NCBI GenBank assembly: GCA_965153285.1
Contig: OZ229121.1
DNA length: 64,000 nucleotides
Source: Podarcis tiliguerta
Taxonomy: Eukaryota
Direction: 5' to 3' (one strand)
The position numbers and the translations under genes are program-made. The notes under the pieces are model-generated. The model saw only the letters and a list, made by a program, of their open reading frames with translations, did no database searches and was not told where the DNA came from. Positions 39,640-52,532 of the stretch are shown here, piece by piece (the first letter of the stretch is position 1; each line of letters starts with the position of its first letter).

Positions 39640-40690
39640 CCTACCTGAGCGCACGCAGGTCAGGAGAGGAGAGGAGAGGACGTCTCCCAGGTCTTCCCAG
39701 GCGGCCAGGGCTTACCCAAAAGAAGCAGCGTAGGAGGAGACGCGAACGAGGAGGGCAGAAAACTGCGCCTGGTTTTCCTCCGGAGCGCGGGACTGTAGAA
39801 ACAAGCTCGGGACTCCCGCTCCCCCTGGCCACGACCAGCGCGCAAAGAGACGCCACTCACCCAGGCGCAGGCTCTCCAAAACGCGCGCAGGCTCTCCAAA
39901 ACCCTTGGTGGCGCGTCCGTTCCCGGGCGCTCGCTTCGGCTTGTTTTCCGGGCTAGTGTAAACGGATCCCCCTACGGGCGTGATGGATGGAGCGGCACAT
40001 GAGCAGCAGGGCCGGCGATGGGGTTGTGACTACTTCCTACTTCCTCGCCCCGCCGCCGCCGCCGAATCGCCTTCAGGCTGAGCCAAGCGCGCGCGTGGAG
40101 ACGGGCGATCCAAAACGGCACCTCCCCGGCTGGAAATGCCCCGCTTGGGCGGCATACAGCCAGCCGGCTCCACACGTGGGAGAGGCGAGAGAAGGAGAGA
40201 GAGGAAAAAGGCCGGCTGCCGCTGCTGCTCCCTTTTCCAGCCGGCGCTGTGTTGCTGGGGGCGCTGCTGCTCCCGGGATCGCTGGCTGCTACGTGCCGGG
40301 ATCCCACGCCCTGAGGCTGGCGGAAAAAGCCGGGATCTTCAGCGCACACGTCCTCCGCTCCAGGGCCTCGCGACCTTTTTCCCAGCGGCGAAGGCGCCTT
40401 TGCCCTTTTGGCTGCGGATCTCCGGCTGCTGCGGGCGGCGCACCTCGGCTTGGGAGAGGTGAGCGCGCTCAACGCTGGTTGCCGCCAGGGCTTTCTTTGC
40501 CGGCTGGGCGGGCCCGCGGCTGGGTTCCTTAAGCTCAGGCCCTCCTCCCCGCTTCTCCGGCTACACAGGATTACCTCATCGCCCAAGCCCCGCTTGCTGG
40601 GGAGGCGGCAGCGCCCGGGTGCCTGAAGTTTCCAGGCAACGGACTCGGGATAACAAGCCACGGCAGCTGATCCCACTCCCTGCATCAGGA
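39640..40690 (-). promoter_or_regulatory. TRAK1: CpG island: probable distal promoter/first exon of TRAK1
   Basis: Very CpG-rich ~1 kb; minus-strand donor-like sites TGG|gtaagc (exon end 39716), CAG|gtaggg (39645), GAG|gtaatc (40575); gene name from ULK4-TRAK1 divergent synteny only. Confidence 0.6.
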
Positions 40691-42324
40691 GAACTCTGCC
40701 AAACTTAAAAATAAAACGGCGACCTTCAGAAGAGCGGCCTTTTTTTTTTTTTTTTTTTTTTGCTAGTTCCAGAAGTTAACTTTTGGAACCCTTTTAAATT
40801 TGGGCAAGCAAGTGTGGAAGGGTGGGCAAGTACAGTAAACGGAGAAAAGGTGTAATTAACATGTGTTAATTGGTTAATAAAAACTTTTTTAAAAAAGAGA
40901 CGGTACTCCCCTTGCATGTCAGACAGCATTTTAAACTCATTCAGATTTGCATACCCCTGCCCCAAGTGGCTAGGACACAAAGGCTGCCGTCCTAATGCAC
41001 GTTTTTTTATTTATTCGTTGTATTTATATATCGTTTATGCATTCTTCTGGAAGCAAGGCCCACATAATTGGGACTTGCTTCTGAGTTAATATGCAGAGGA
41101 TTGGACTGTTTACCACTCACTCAGATACAAGGCTGAAGCTAACTTTGTCATTAAACAGAGCCCCCAGTATATCAGCAGAAACAGTAATGTATGTAGCATG
41201 CATACTGCACAGACATACAAATTTAGGCCAGAGGTGATTTCAATTTCCTAGTTCAAAGGTAACTTATTAGGCAAAAGGACCAAGCTACAATCTCCAGCTC
41301 ACTGGTTGCAAGCAGGAATTGACTTGTCCATTGAAGATTGTGATTCCATGCTTACCTGCAAGTAAGCTTAATGGAACGCTGGCACTTACATCTGAGTAAC
41401 TAGAATCAAGCTGGAAGTAAGGTGGATGTGCTCCCATCATCACTTAGGCTAAAGTATGGCATCCATGTGACTGTTAGTTTGCCCATGCACTGCATATTCC
41501 TAATCACTGTGTTACACAAACATTCTCAAAGTAAGGCACTTTACCCTTGTGTAAGTGGCAATTTCCTAAAGAGGAAATTGATCCAAATAGGAAAACTTCA
41601 TGATCCAAATCGAAATCTGGAAAACTAATGTTTTCAGCAGTGTTACAAATGATATAAGAATAATAGGGTAAAATACTCTTAAGGCTGGAACAAGCCCAGA
41701 AAGACTCAATGAGTTCAACTGAATTCTAAATCAGAATTGTTAAGATTCTTCTGCAAGTTTCTGTTTAACAAAGCCAACCTACATATTTTACTCATCGTCC
41801 ACATCAACTGTAAAGAAACTGCATGGATCAGCATTCCTAGGATGTTTGTTTTCTAAAAAAAACCATGGAAGTTTACAAAGTTGTTGTTGTTTTGGTCAGT
41901 TATTTCCCTACTGCTGAAAATTGTAAAATGGGTGGACGTCAATCAGGAAAAATGGGTAAACAATACATTCTGAAGTATCCTGTGATACATTTTGTATAAT
42001 TTGATCTGGGTAAGCTTATGTCACAAGAACATACATGGCAGAGAAGCATGGCTCATACATACACTGTCACTGTCAGAGGAAAATTTCTGCAACTAAAGTC
42101 CATTTGTGCAAAAAAACCCTCAAAACAATAAAAACTTATCCCATTTGCTTTATAGAGTATTATTTTGTAGCTTAGACAATACAAACCTCCCCACAGTCCT
42201 TTCCAACTCCACAATCCTACGATTCTATGATTCTATAGGTGGTGTTGGTTGCATATACTTGTATAATTGAACTAATCCTATTGATTACAAGAGAAGTAAA
42301 ACGAAGATCCTAAATTCAGTACAA

Positions 42325-42830
42325 GGACACACTCCAATTTGACCATGCCCTTCTTAAAACTTGGCACCCAGAAATAGGCACAGCACTTCAGATGCAGTCT
42401 GACCAGAGCAGAATACAGTGGAGCTATTACCTCTTGTGACCTGGACACTATGCTTTGGTTAAAGCAACCTAAGACTGTATTAGCTTTCTTAGGCACTGCA
42501 TTACACTGCTGCCTCATTCTGAGGTTCTAATCGACTAAGACACCTAGACTTTTCTCATAGGTGTGGCTGCCCTTCCTATCTTTGTGCCTCCAATTCTTCG
42601 TACCTAATTTCTCTGCTGAATTTTATTTTGTTGCTTTTGGTCTAGCATTCCAACCTCTCAAGATCATTTTGAATCTTTATTTAATCTTTTCGGGTGTCAG
42701 CTATCCTGCTCTGTGGCATCTGCAAATATGGTAAGCATCCCCTCTGCTCTTTCATCCAAATCATTAATAGAGATGTTGAATAATACAGGGCCTATGACAA
42801 AGGTTTGTAGCACTCCACAGTGATGACTAG
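42325..42830 (-). mobile_element. CR1 LINE RT fragment, decayed
   Basis: GPVLFNISINDLD...FAD and [11 protein letters not shown] motifs with frameshifts. Confidence 0.85.
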
Positions 42831-43119
42831 GGCTGGAGGGGGCAGGGAAGAGGCATATATACAGTAATTCCCTACAAACAAAAGGAAACTCCATTCTTCA
42901 ACTGCAAGCATTCAAGAGAAGTAGGGCTGCTGACTAGGGAGGGAAACCTGGCTTGGTTGATGATGGTTTTTTCTCCCTCTGGGCTCATTGCCATAATTGC
43001 ATGTGTTAAAGCTATGACTTCAGGAGTAAAGATAGATAAGTTATTAATTTTAGTCAGGGATGGGAAACCTGTGACTCTACAGTTGTTGAACTACAACTGC
43101 TATCAGCATCAGCCAGCAT

Positions 43120-43378
43120 GTCCAGCAGCTTCATATAGATGTTAAAAATCATAGGGGAGAGGACACAGCCCTGGGATACCCCACAAGTGAGTGCCCAGGG
43201 GTCCAAACACTCATCCCCCAACACCACTTTATTGAAATGGCCCAAGAGAAAGGAGCAGAGCCACTGCACAACAGTGGTCCCCAGCTTCCAACCTCCCCAG
43301 AAAGTCCAGAAGGATACCATGGTCAATGGTATCAAAAACCACTGAGACATCCAGCAGAACCAAGGAGCAGCTTTCACC
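43120..43378 (-). mobile_element. L2 LINE RT fragment
   Basis: CGVSQGCVLSPMIFNIYM RT motif. Confidence 0.8.
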
Positions 43379-45310
43379 TCTGTTTCTAGCCCTAGCTTTA
43401 AAACTGCACTCTATGCTAACCCATGATGGTTAAGGTGGCATTGTTTTTCAAAGGCATACAAATGTATAAACACTCTGCCGCTGCCCCCCACCCCCGTAAC
43501 AACTTTTCTAGGCAAGTGAGGATGTAACTGTCAAGATGTGACTCTTGAGGCCTACCTGAAAGCAGCCCAAGGTCCACTGGTGCATCCTGGACTCCTAGTC
43601 TACTGTCTGAGAAAGACTGGTCTATAGGACTGTAGCCACCTTCTCCCTGCAGTTTGTAGGACTCATATATTTAATGCCTGCACACACAAACAAGTGGCCA
43701 AAGCAAAGGGGTGAGGAGAGGGAATGTAGATTTGTCATGTCTTAAGGCAGTCTTAAAAGTAAACCAAATTTCTTCCAGTTTTTATCTCAGTCATCTCACA
43801 CTTATAAATAGCTACCCCTCTGGCTAATTTAACACTGTAATTGTTGATTATGCATCCTCATAACATTTTAAATCAAGTGCATTATAGCTATCAATAATGT
43901 TTTGTCTTTATAAATATGTAGCTAAAGACCAGTGTTAGAAACTGAGATATGAAACCTAGGAGCTAAATGGGCCCTTAAACCTAGGTTATGAGTGAAACAA
44001 TGTCTAGGCGCACTTTTTATAGCAAGAATACAAAGCTGAAAATGAACAAACTGCAGCTAAAATATGTTCATTTTTCACATGGTTGAGTCCTTCCCCTGCC
44101 CACTCCCCTAATATTCTTAAGAGGGTCTTTTCTCCAGTCTTCAGAGAGTGGCTGAAAGTGGGGAGGCAGAAAAAGGTCCTCCTTTCCTTCCACTCTGCAG
44201 TTTTAATCTGAAATCCTAGGCGCAGTACTGGCCCCGAGCTCAGAAACTGCTTGCGCTAATGAAATTGTCACAAAATGCATCTAGAACAATGGGAGTTTTG
44301 AACACTGCTAAAGACATGATTCTTAGATGAGGATAAAGTGGCAGAGAAGGAAAACGATCCTGAGCAAGCAAAACTTTTGCTCCACCAGTCAAGCATGTGC
44401 CCTCTGGCAGAGGATTTTTAATGGTCCACATTAGATTTCTGAGATTCTTGCTTCCATGTGTCCCAAGCCACAGCTTTTTGTACTCAGCAGCATGCTGCAT
44501 GCAGATAACTGCATGAAAGGATCTCTACATGTTCATCTGTGGCATATGCTAAATGGGGGAATTCAGCAGATGAATATTATTCCATCCTTCCATGGGAGGA
44601 GAAACTTAAATTGTAACCCCCCACCCTTAGATGGTTGAAGATACACCATCCAAACAAAGACTTAAAAAGCATATTAACCCAAGACCATAACATTTATCAT
44701 ATCTCTATGCTACGCTAACCTGCTGCTCTCAAGTGTAGAGGAAGACACTGTCCTTTTACCAGCACTGGAGTAAGGTTCAACTACAGCTCAACTACAGTTT
44801 CTATTATGTGCCATGGAATAGGGTCTGATCTTGCGCTTTGCACCAAGCAGATGATTATAGAGTCTGAATCCGATATGTCTTACTCTGCATCACTTTCTCC
44901 TTCATAAGCCAGCATGGGTGGGTTGCAAAAAAAAGAACGGTTTCTGGCAGTTCGTAAATGACTACCTCAATTGTAGCTAATGGCTGCTATCTGAGACAAT
45001 ATGGCTCCACTTTGGTTCCTTTTGGTACTGTCTCCTTCAACCTATTAAAACTAGGCTTGGAACAGTGGGGAGAAGAGGGATGAGCAGACAGAAGGGGAGG
45101 AGTTGCTTGTCAATGAGTTTTCTGGGAAGGAGAAGCAGGAAGTGGGAGATAACTCAATGCAAGGGGCTGAAGGGCAGACACCATGAAGGCTGGTTGGAGA
45201 CAAGCTGGGGCAGAGGCACAGAGATGCTGCTTAGAAAGCATCTGAAGGATAAGCCCCTCTGGAGACACAGATGCTGTAAACTCTCTGCTCCCTCCATCTG
45301 CACCAGGTTG

Positions 45311-45667
45311 AAGTGGGACACAAGTGGTGCTGTGGCCTAAACCATTGAGCCTCTTGGGCTTGCTGATTGGAAGGTCGGCGATTCAAATCCCTGCGGCGGG
45401 GTGAGCTCCCATTGCTCTGTCCTAGCTCCTGCCAACCAAGCACTTTGAAAGCATGCCAGTACAAGTAGATAAATAGGTACCACTGTGGCGGGAAGGTAAA
45501 CAGTGTTTCCATGCACTCGAGCTTTGGTTTAGTCATGCTGGCCACATGCCCTGGAAAACTGTCTGCAGACAAACGCTGGCTCCCTTGGCCTGAAAGCGAG
45601 ATGAGAACCACAACCCCATAGTCGTCTTTGACTAGACTTCCAGGGGTTCTTAAACTTTTTAACCTTT
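45311..45667 (+). mobile_element. Sauria SINE
   Basis: Colinear with the 7936 copy; 12-bp TSD TGCACCAGGTTG. Confidence 0.88.
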
Positions 45668-46168
45668 TGCACCAGGTTGTAAATATGTGTTAATAAAGCT
45701 TATTTCCAAAAGACACAGCGGTCTCCGCCACGTCTTGAATGGAAACACAAACTCCCTGGACTCTTGCTACTGTTCCGCAGAGACTGGGGGTCACCTTCGT
45801 CACCCTACTATGGCACCCAAAGAAGGAAAATCCTACATGCGTCCCTGCCTCTACCTTGCAGGAAAATATCACCACAGTCTATCTCCTGCAGTTTCATACA
45901 AAAAGCAAAATGGTTTTTCGCAGCACTCGAAATTGTCTCCCTGAGGCTGCCGCCTCCTACTGCCTAATGGTAGGGCCGGCCAGGCAGAACGGATTCTGGA
46001 GGGCGTTTCAACAGCGCCTTGGCGAAGGGCTTTCAATCCGAAAGTGTTGTCCCCTAGAGGTAGCAATGCGACAAAACGTAAACACGGGAGGGTGTTGGCA
46101 AAGGGGGCTTAACCGTGGCAGCCCTCTGGGAGGACGGGACCGCAAGAAGGACCAATGGTGAGGTAGAA

Positions 46169-46304
46169 CAGGCTTCCTCAAACTCAGCCCTCCAGATGTT
46201 TTGAGACTACAATTCCCATCATCCCTGACCACTGGTCCTGCTAGCTAGGGATCATGGGAATTGTAGGCCAAAAACATCTGGAGGGCCCAGTTTGAGGAAG
46301 CCTG
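46169..46304. mobile_element. Palindromic hAT MITE in the ULK4 promoter
   Basis: CAGGCTTCCTCAAACT TIRs; almost fully self-complementary; perfect 8-bp TSD AGGTAGAA; decayed relatives at ~14150-14300, ~31970-32100, ~48940-49030. Confidence 0.9.
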
Positions 46305-46399
46305 AGGTAGAAGCAAGCCTCGCACTACTTTTAATCTGTTCCCTCACCTGCGGCGGAAAGGCCGCAGCCGGGATGAGGGGTCCAATCCGTTAAGGCCAG

Positions 46400-46413
46400 G
46401 TTTCCATAGCAAC
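46400..46413. promoter_or_regulatory. RFX X-box GTTTCCATAGCAAC
   Basis: Close match to the palindromic X-box GTT(G/T)CC-AT-(G/A)GCAAC, in the promoter of a cilia-related gene. Confidence 0.75.
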
Positions 46414-47053
46414 AGAGGAGAACTCCAGTTTGCGCAGGGCGACGAACATCCGGGTACCCCTGATATGAGGGGGCGGATCTAACGCAGAGAGCGTGAGCCC
46501 AGGGTCTCTCTCCCTTCCCCGCCCCGCCCCAAACTCCCCTCAGACTGTTGTTTCCGGCGTCCTGTGCCGTAACTAAGATACTGAAGGGGCGGTTAGGGCT
46601 AGCCCACACGATGGCCCAAAAGGGGGGGAGGAGAGAGGAGGAGAAGGTTCCAGCCGCACCCTTTCCCAGAGAAACCAGTTGACTGACGGGTGACTTTATC
46701 CCGGTAGAGTGTTACCCCAACCCTACGCGTTCCGCCGGGCAAAAACACCCGCTTTCCCTTCAGCCGGAAAGGCCTCAGAGGCACCCCCCCCTGCGAAAAT
46801 GGAGCGGCCTGCGGAGGGCGTGGTCTCTCGCGGATTTCAGTTAACGGTTGCGGCAGAAGCGGCTCTCTCGCGCCCCGCCCTGCGCGCGCTCCTTTTGTGT
46901 TCTGAGCGGGGCTGGCGCGTCCTCCTTCCCTCGGAGGAGAGCAGGTAGTCCGTCTTCTCTTCCCTTCGAAGCGTTGCGGGATGAGGCCGCGAGCGAGCTA
47001 GAGGCTCCGGCGCCGTGTCTTCCGCGCCCCTCAGCCCTTCCTTTCAGTGGGAC

Positions 47054-47056
<3 letters not shown>

Positions 47057-47090
<34 letters not shown>

Positions 47091-47092
47091 TA
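47057..47092. repeat. (TTA)n microsatellite inside the ULK4 CpG island
   Basis: Read directly; possibly a LINE tail remnant. Confidence 0.9.
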
Positions 47093-47673
47093 TTTCTTAC
47101 TTCGCCCGCCCATACGGGCTCCTCCCCGCGTGCCTCAGGGGAGTCATTGGGGCTGAAGGCGGGAGCTGCTTCCCTCAGCGAAGAGGCAGCGTCCGGAGGA
47201 TTTAAAAACGCGAGGTGGTTTGTTTTTGTTTTTTGGTTTATTTTTTGCACTCAGCGGTCCATTCCGAGGAAAGGGTTAGAAATACGCCGCCCGTTTTGCC
47301 ATCACCTTCACCATCTTTCTCCTCCTCTTGCTGCTTCTCCCCCTTCCTTTCGCGGAGACTCGGCGCCTCTAATAACTCTGTAACAGGCAGGCATTCAACA
47401 GGTGAAAACCCCTTGTTCTTGGGATTTCCGCGAGGGGGAAAAAGAAACTTGCCCGCGTTTCTCCCTATATTTTCTTCTTCTTTTCTTCTTCTTTTTCCAA
47501 AACCGAAAAAAGAAAAATTACAAACATCGAATTCAACATCCATATTCATTTTCTAACATAAGCCTATTACATGATGAACTAAATTAAAATATACCTAGGT
47601 TTCTGCCTATCTTGTTAAGAAGTCCACCAAACGTATCTGAACGGGGATGGGGGAAATGCCGGTGGTTGTTACA

Positions 47674-47707
<34 letters not shown>
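47674..47707. repeat. (CA)n microsatellite
   Basis: Read directly. Confidence 0.95.
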
Positions 47708-47709
<2 letters not shown>

Positions 47710-48646
47710 TTTTTCCCCTTAAAAAAATATTTAGGGGTACTCCCATTTTGACTCAAGAAAATCATCATTTTAGAGTTCAAATCGGGGGAAATAAATACAG
47801 CAAATGGACAAAAGTACAAAGATTCACAAAATGTTCAGAGGTATGCATACCCCCAGGAAAAAAACACGCACACACACATATATATAAAAGCTGCTTTTGC
47901 TACAAGAGCAGCTTGCTTCTTTCAAAAATATTTTGAACTCTTGAGATCCCTTTTCCTACATTTTTTAATTTATGCAAACATAATTACAATAAGAACAGCG
48001 CCGACCCTTTCATTAAAAGCCATCAGTTCTCAAAAGCCTGTTGAAACAAGAAAGTTTGCATCTGCTTGGGAGGGAGTTCCAGGGTCTGGGAGCACTAAAA
48101 AGGCGGTGATGATGATGATAATAATGTTTTTGTATATTTCCTAGGATCCATAAAGGTTGCCCTATAATCTATCCCAAATTGATTTGGGTGTTGTAGACAC
48201 AAATTCTCACTGTAACAGATCTATGGCCCTCCTGTAAAGTTTTCTGGCAAAACTTCATAGCTGATGGATATGGAGGCAAGAACAGAACTTGGCGCCACCA
48301 GGAACGACTTTTCTTGGAAGAGCAGCTTGCTTCTTTCAAAAATATCTTGAACTCTTGAGATCCCTTTCTCTTCTCACATTTTTTTTATTTATGCAAGTTC
48401 TTAACATGCAATTGTAATCTAATGTATAATCTGCACTGCTGATTAGTTAATTCCCCCTACTCCAGAAGAGAAATATGCTAGTAAGTTATCTATATAAATA
48501 ATCGACAATGGCTTTTATCCTTGTCCTTTAGAAAGAAGGTACAGCTTATTCTTTGGTGATATGTCACTTTGTATACCATAAGTGTTACCTAGATTAAAAG
48601 TTCTCAGGCTCTCCTCATGAACATTAAAGTCATCATATGTAAAATA

Positions 48647-48892
48647 CAGTGGATGCTCGGGTTGCGAATGTGATCCGTGCGCGATGCACGTTCGCAACCC
48701 GCAGCGTTTGCAACCCGCGACTGTGCGGGTTGTGATTCGGCGTTTCTGCGCATGCACAAAGCGTGATTTAGCGTGTCTGCGCATCCGTGACCGCCAAAAC
48801 CCAGAAGTAACCCGTTCCAGTACTTCCGGGTTTCGGCGGTCCGCAACCTGAAAAAACGCAACCTGAAGCGGCTGTAACCTGAGGTATAACTG
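48647..48892 (+). mobile_element. Tc1/mariner MITE family C (CpG-rich)
   Basis: TA|CAGTGGATGCTCGGGTTGCG...CCTGAGGTATAACTG|TA. Confidence 0.82.
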
Positions 48893-49195
48893 TATTGTGT
48901 TGCTCAGGCTCCCTTAGTTGTAGGTTGTTGTGCATGTCAGGGATGAGAAACTGGTGGTCCTCCAGAAGTTGGCTCTGCTAGCTGAGGCAGATGGGATTTG
49001 GACTCTAGGTACCTCTGGAGGGCCACAGGTTCTGATTCTCTGGTGTAAGTTATTCTCTTAAAGACTATGTAAAACTACATGCCTAAAAACATTTTGTAGG
49101 TTATGCTATTCAAAAAATCAAGGTGTTCATTCTTATATTAAATTAGAGGAGTTTTCCTTTCATTTTGAGGTTTTAATTTTGTGGCTTTGATTTAA

Positions 49196-49513
<318 letters not shown>

Positions 49514-49699
49514 TAGAAACTTCTTTTTCCTTTTAAATTTTGGGTGTGCTCGGATTGGATAATTATGGTGGGTACCCTGAGTGTTCATTGTATGCTTCAT
49601 GACTGTTTCATAAGAAATACTTTGCATTCTGGAAAAATAATTCTGTGTAAATGCAACAACTGCTGGTGACTTTTATGAGGTAAACAGTCATTACATATA

Positions 49700-49943
49700 C
49701 AGTGGTACCTCGGGATGCGAACGGGATCCGTTACAGAGCCCTATTTGCATTCTGAACATAACGTAAGACGCGTCTGTGCGGGTCACGTTTCGCGACTTCC
49801 GCGCATGCGCGTGATATCATTTTGACCATCTGCATGCGTGAGCGGTGAAACCCAGAAGTAACGTGCTCCATTATTTCCGGGTCACCACGAAGTGCAACCT
49901 GAACGTGCTCAACCTGAAGCGTATTTATCCTGAGGTATGACTG
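49700..49943 (+). mobile_element. Tc1/mariner MITE, family C-like
   Basis: TA|CAGTGGTACCTCGGGATGCG...CCTGAGGTATGACTG|TA. Confidence 0.85.
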
Positions 49944-50022
49944 TATCTCTGGAGAATTCACTACAGCTGTAATTCAGATGTCCTGGAGAAAGATGTGGCT
50001 GCTGTATAGATCTATTACAATA

Positions 50023-50388
50023 CAGTGGTGCCCCGCAAGACGAATGCCTCGCAAGACGGAAAACCCGCAAGACGAAAGGGTTTTCTGTTTTCAGAGGCGC
50101 TTCTCAAGACGAATTTCCCTATGGGCTTGCTTCGCAAGACGAAAATGACGAAAATTTTTGAGTTTTTTTTCCACTCCCCAACCCCTTTTTCTAAAGCGCT
50201 AAGCTGCTAATAGCCTTTTAGCAGCTAAACCGCTAATCCCTTAAGCCTTTAATAGCCGTTAATAGCCCTTAAACTGCCAATAGCGCTAATAGCGCTAATC
50301 CGCTAATGGGCTTGCTTCGCAAGACGAAAAAACCGCAAGACGAAAAGACTCGCGGAACGGATTCTTTTCGTCTTGCGAGGCACCACTG
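50023..50388 (+). mobile_element. Tc1/mariner MITE family A (long form)
   Basis: CAGTGGTGCC TIRs, TA TSD, internal (GCTAA/TAATAGC) repeat block. Confidence 0.9.
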
Positions 50389-50973
50389 TAGTGTGAAGAG
50401 AGCTTGGCACAAAAACACAACAACCCACAGGATTTTTGTGTGCCACAGTTTTGTCTGAAACTGATTTGGCAATTGCTTAATCAATCCCTATTTTACTTAA
50501 CTCTGAAAGGCTCTTGTCTTGGGCAGTTCTCTCTTTCCGAATTAACTCTGTTGGGGATGAGAAGCAAGAGTAATATATGGTATTTATGGGTGGATTTGGT
50601 TCCCATTTCACCTTTGTTACAAAGACTAATCAGGTTTGATCAAATGAAGTGTTCTTGAAGAAGCCTACAGGGCAATTTATTGTTTCAAAAAATGTTTTTA
50701 ATTGACTAATCTCAAACTTAAAAAAAAAAAGCTATAGGCCTTCAATGTTTTGTTCAATCCTTTTCTGTCTTGAAACTTCACAATCTGTAAACCATCAATC
50801 ACACCTTTTGTTTTGTACTTTTCTTGGAACATAATGAATCTACCCCAACATTTTTCACAAATGTATTATTAATCTGTTACCATCCTCTTGTTCCTTTCCC
50901 ATGGGGACTGGAGGAATTCTAGTCTGCTACTTTGCTTTTTTGCATAGACATCTCTTGAATTCCAACTTCTTAA

Positions 50974-51198
<225 letters not shown>

Positions 51199-51304
51199 TA
51201 GAGAAGCCTTGAGGGATGGATTTGGTCCCTAGACTCCCCACCTCCATTTTACTAGGTGCAATCTAAATTTCACAAGTGGGAAGCTACCAGAGAAAAGGCC
51301 TGTT

Positions 51305-51490
51305 CTCATATTGCTGCCAGTGCAATCGGGCCAGGATTGGTGTTATATGCTCAAGAAGGCTTGCCCTGGTGAGCAACCTGATCGCTGAATGCTGTGCCAG
51401 TGGAAGTTTCCGTCCCATCATCAGAGGCAGCCCCACGTATAATGTGTTGCAGTAATCTAACCTAGAGGTTACCAGAGCATAGACAACAGT
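51305..51490 (-). mobile_element. L2 LINE fragment abutting a MITE
   Basis: VVYALVTSRLDYCNTLYVGLP...HITPILARLHW. Confidence 0.85.
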
Positions 51491-51491
51491 A

Positions 51492-51838
51492 CAGTGGTGC
51501 CTCGCAAGACGAAAAGAATCCGTTCCACGAGTCTCTTCGTCTAGCGGTTTTTTCGTCTTGCGAAGCAACCCTATTAGCGGATTAGCGCTATTAGCGGTTT
51601 AGCGGCTATTAAAGGCTTAAGGGATTAGCGGATTAGCTGCTAAAAGGCTATTAGCAGCTTAGTGCCTTAGAAAAAGGGGGTGGGGAGTGAAAAAAAATTG
51701 CAGGAACTTGCAAGACATTTTCGTCTTGCGAAGCAAGCCCATAGGAAATTCGTTTTGCGAAGCACCTCCAAAACGGAAAACCCTATCATCTAGCGGGTTT
51801 TCCGTCTTGCGAGGCATTCGTCTTGCGGGGCACCACTG
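51492..51838 (-). mobile_element. Tc1/mariner MITE family A, inverted relative to 50023-50388
   Basis: Reverse complement of the 50023 copy; TA TSD. Confidence 0.9.
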
Positions 51839-52104
51839 TAATAGGCAAAAAATACTCATTGGCTCTGGTGCCCCACTTTTAAATCTTCAGGTAAGACCAA
51901 TCGTTCTTTGTACCTCCAGTGTCAGAGGCATTATGGCTCTGAAGAGTCCATGCTAGGAATTGCAAGTGGGCAGTTTAGATCAAAGGTTTTGTATGCCTAT
52001 TTTGTCAGAAAAAGCTTAAGGATAAAAATTTAAATAGTACTACAGAGGTCAGTTAATTGTTGTTGTTGTTTTTTAAAAAAACTTCATAGCAGAATATTCA
52101 TTAA

Positions 52105-52272
<168 letters not shown>

Positions 52273-52316
52273 TGAAAACAACTTTTTAAAAAATAATTCA
52301 AGAAATCACTAATTGA

Positions 52317-52532
<216 letters not shown>

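Larger units (their letters stand above)
46320..47400 (+). promoter_or_regulatory. ULK4: CpG island: ULK4 promoter and putative non-coding exon 1 (candidate donor CAG|gtagtc after 46944)
   Basis: Dense CpG/GC stretch ~2-3 kb upstream of the first coding exon; GC boxes (e.g. cccgccccgcccc ~46518-46530) and X-boxes; exon 1 limits inferred. Confidence 0.8.

Noticed and set aside
39354-40685. Long overlapping ORFs (200, 237, 181 aa) on both strands
   Set aside because: Low-complexity Arg/Pro/Ala/Gly translations expected from a stop-poor CpG island; no recognisable domain.
40690-46320. A single bidirectional ULK4/TRAK1 promoter
   Set aside because: The two CpG islands are separated by ~5.6 kb of TE-containing, CpG-poor DNA.
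46331-47587. ORFs over the ULK4 promoter, including poly-Ile and poly-Tyr runs
   Set aside because: Products of GC-rich DNA and a (TTA)n microsatellite.
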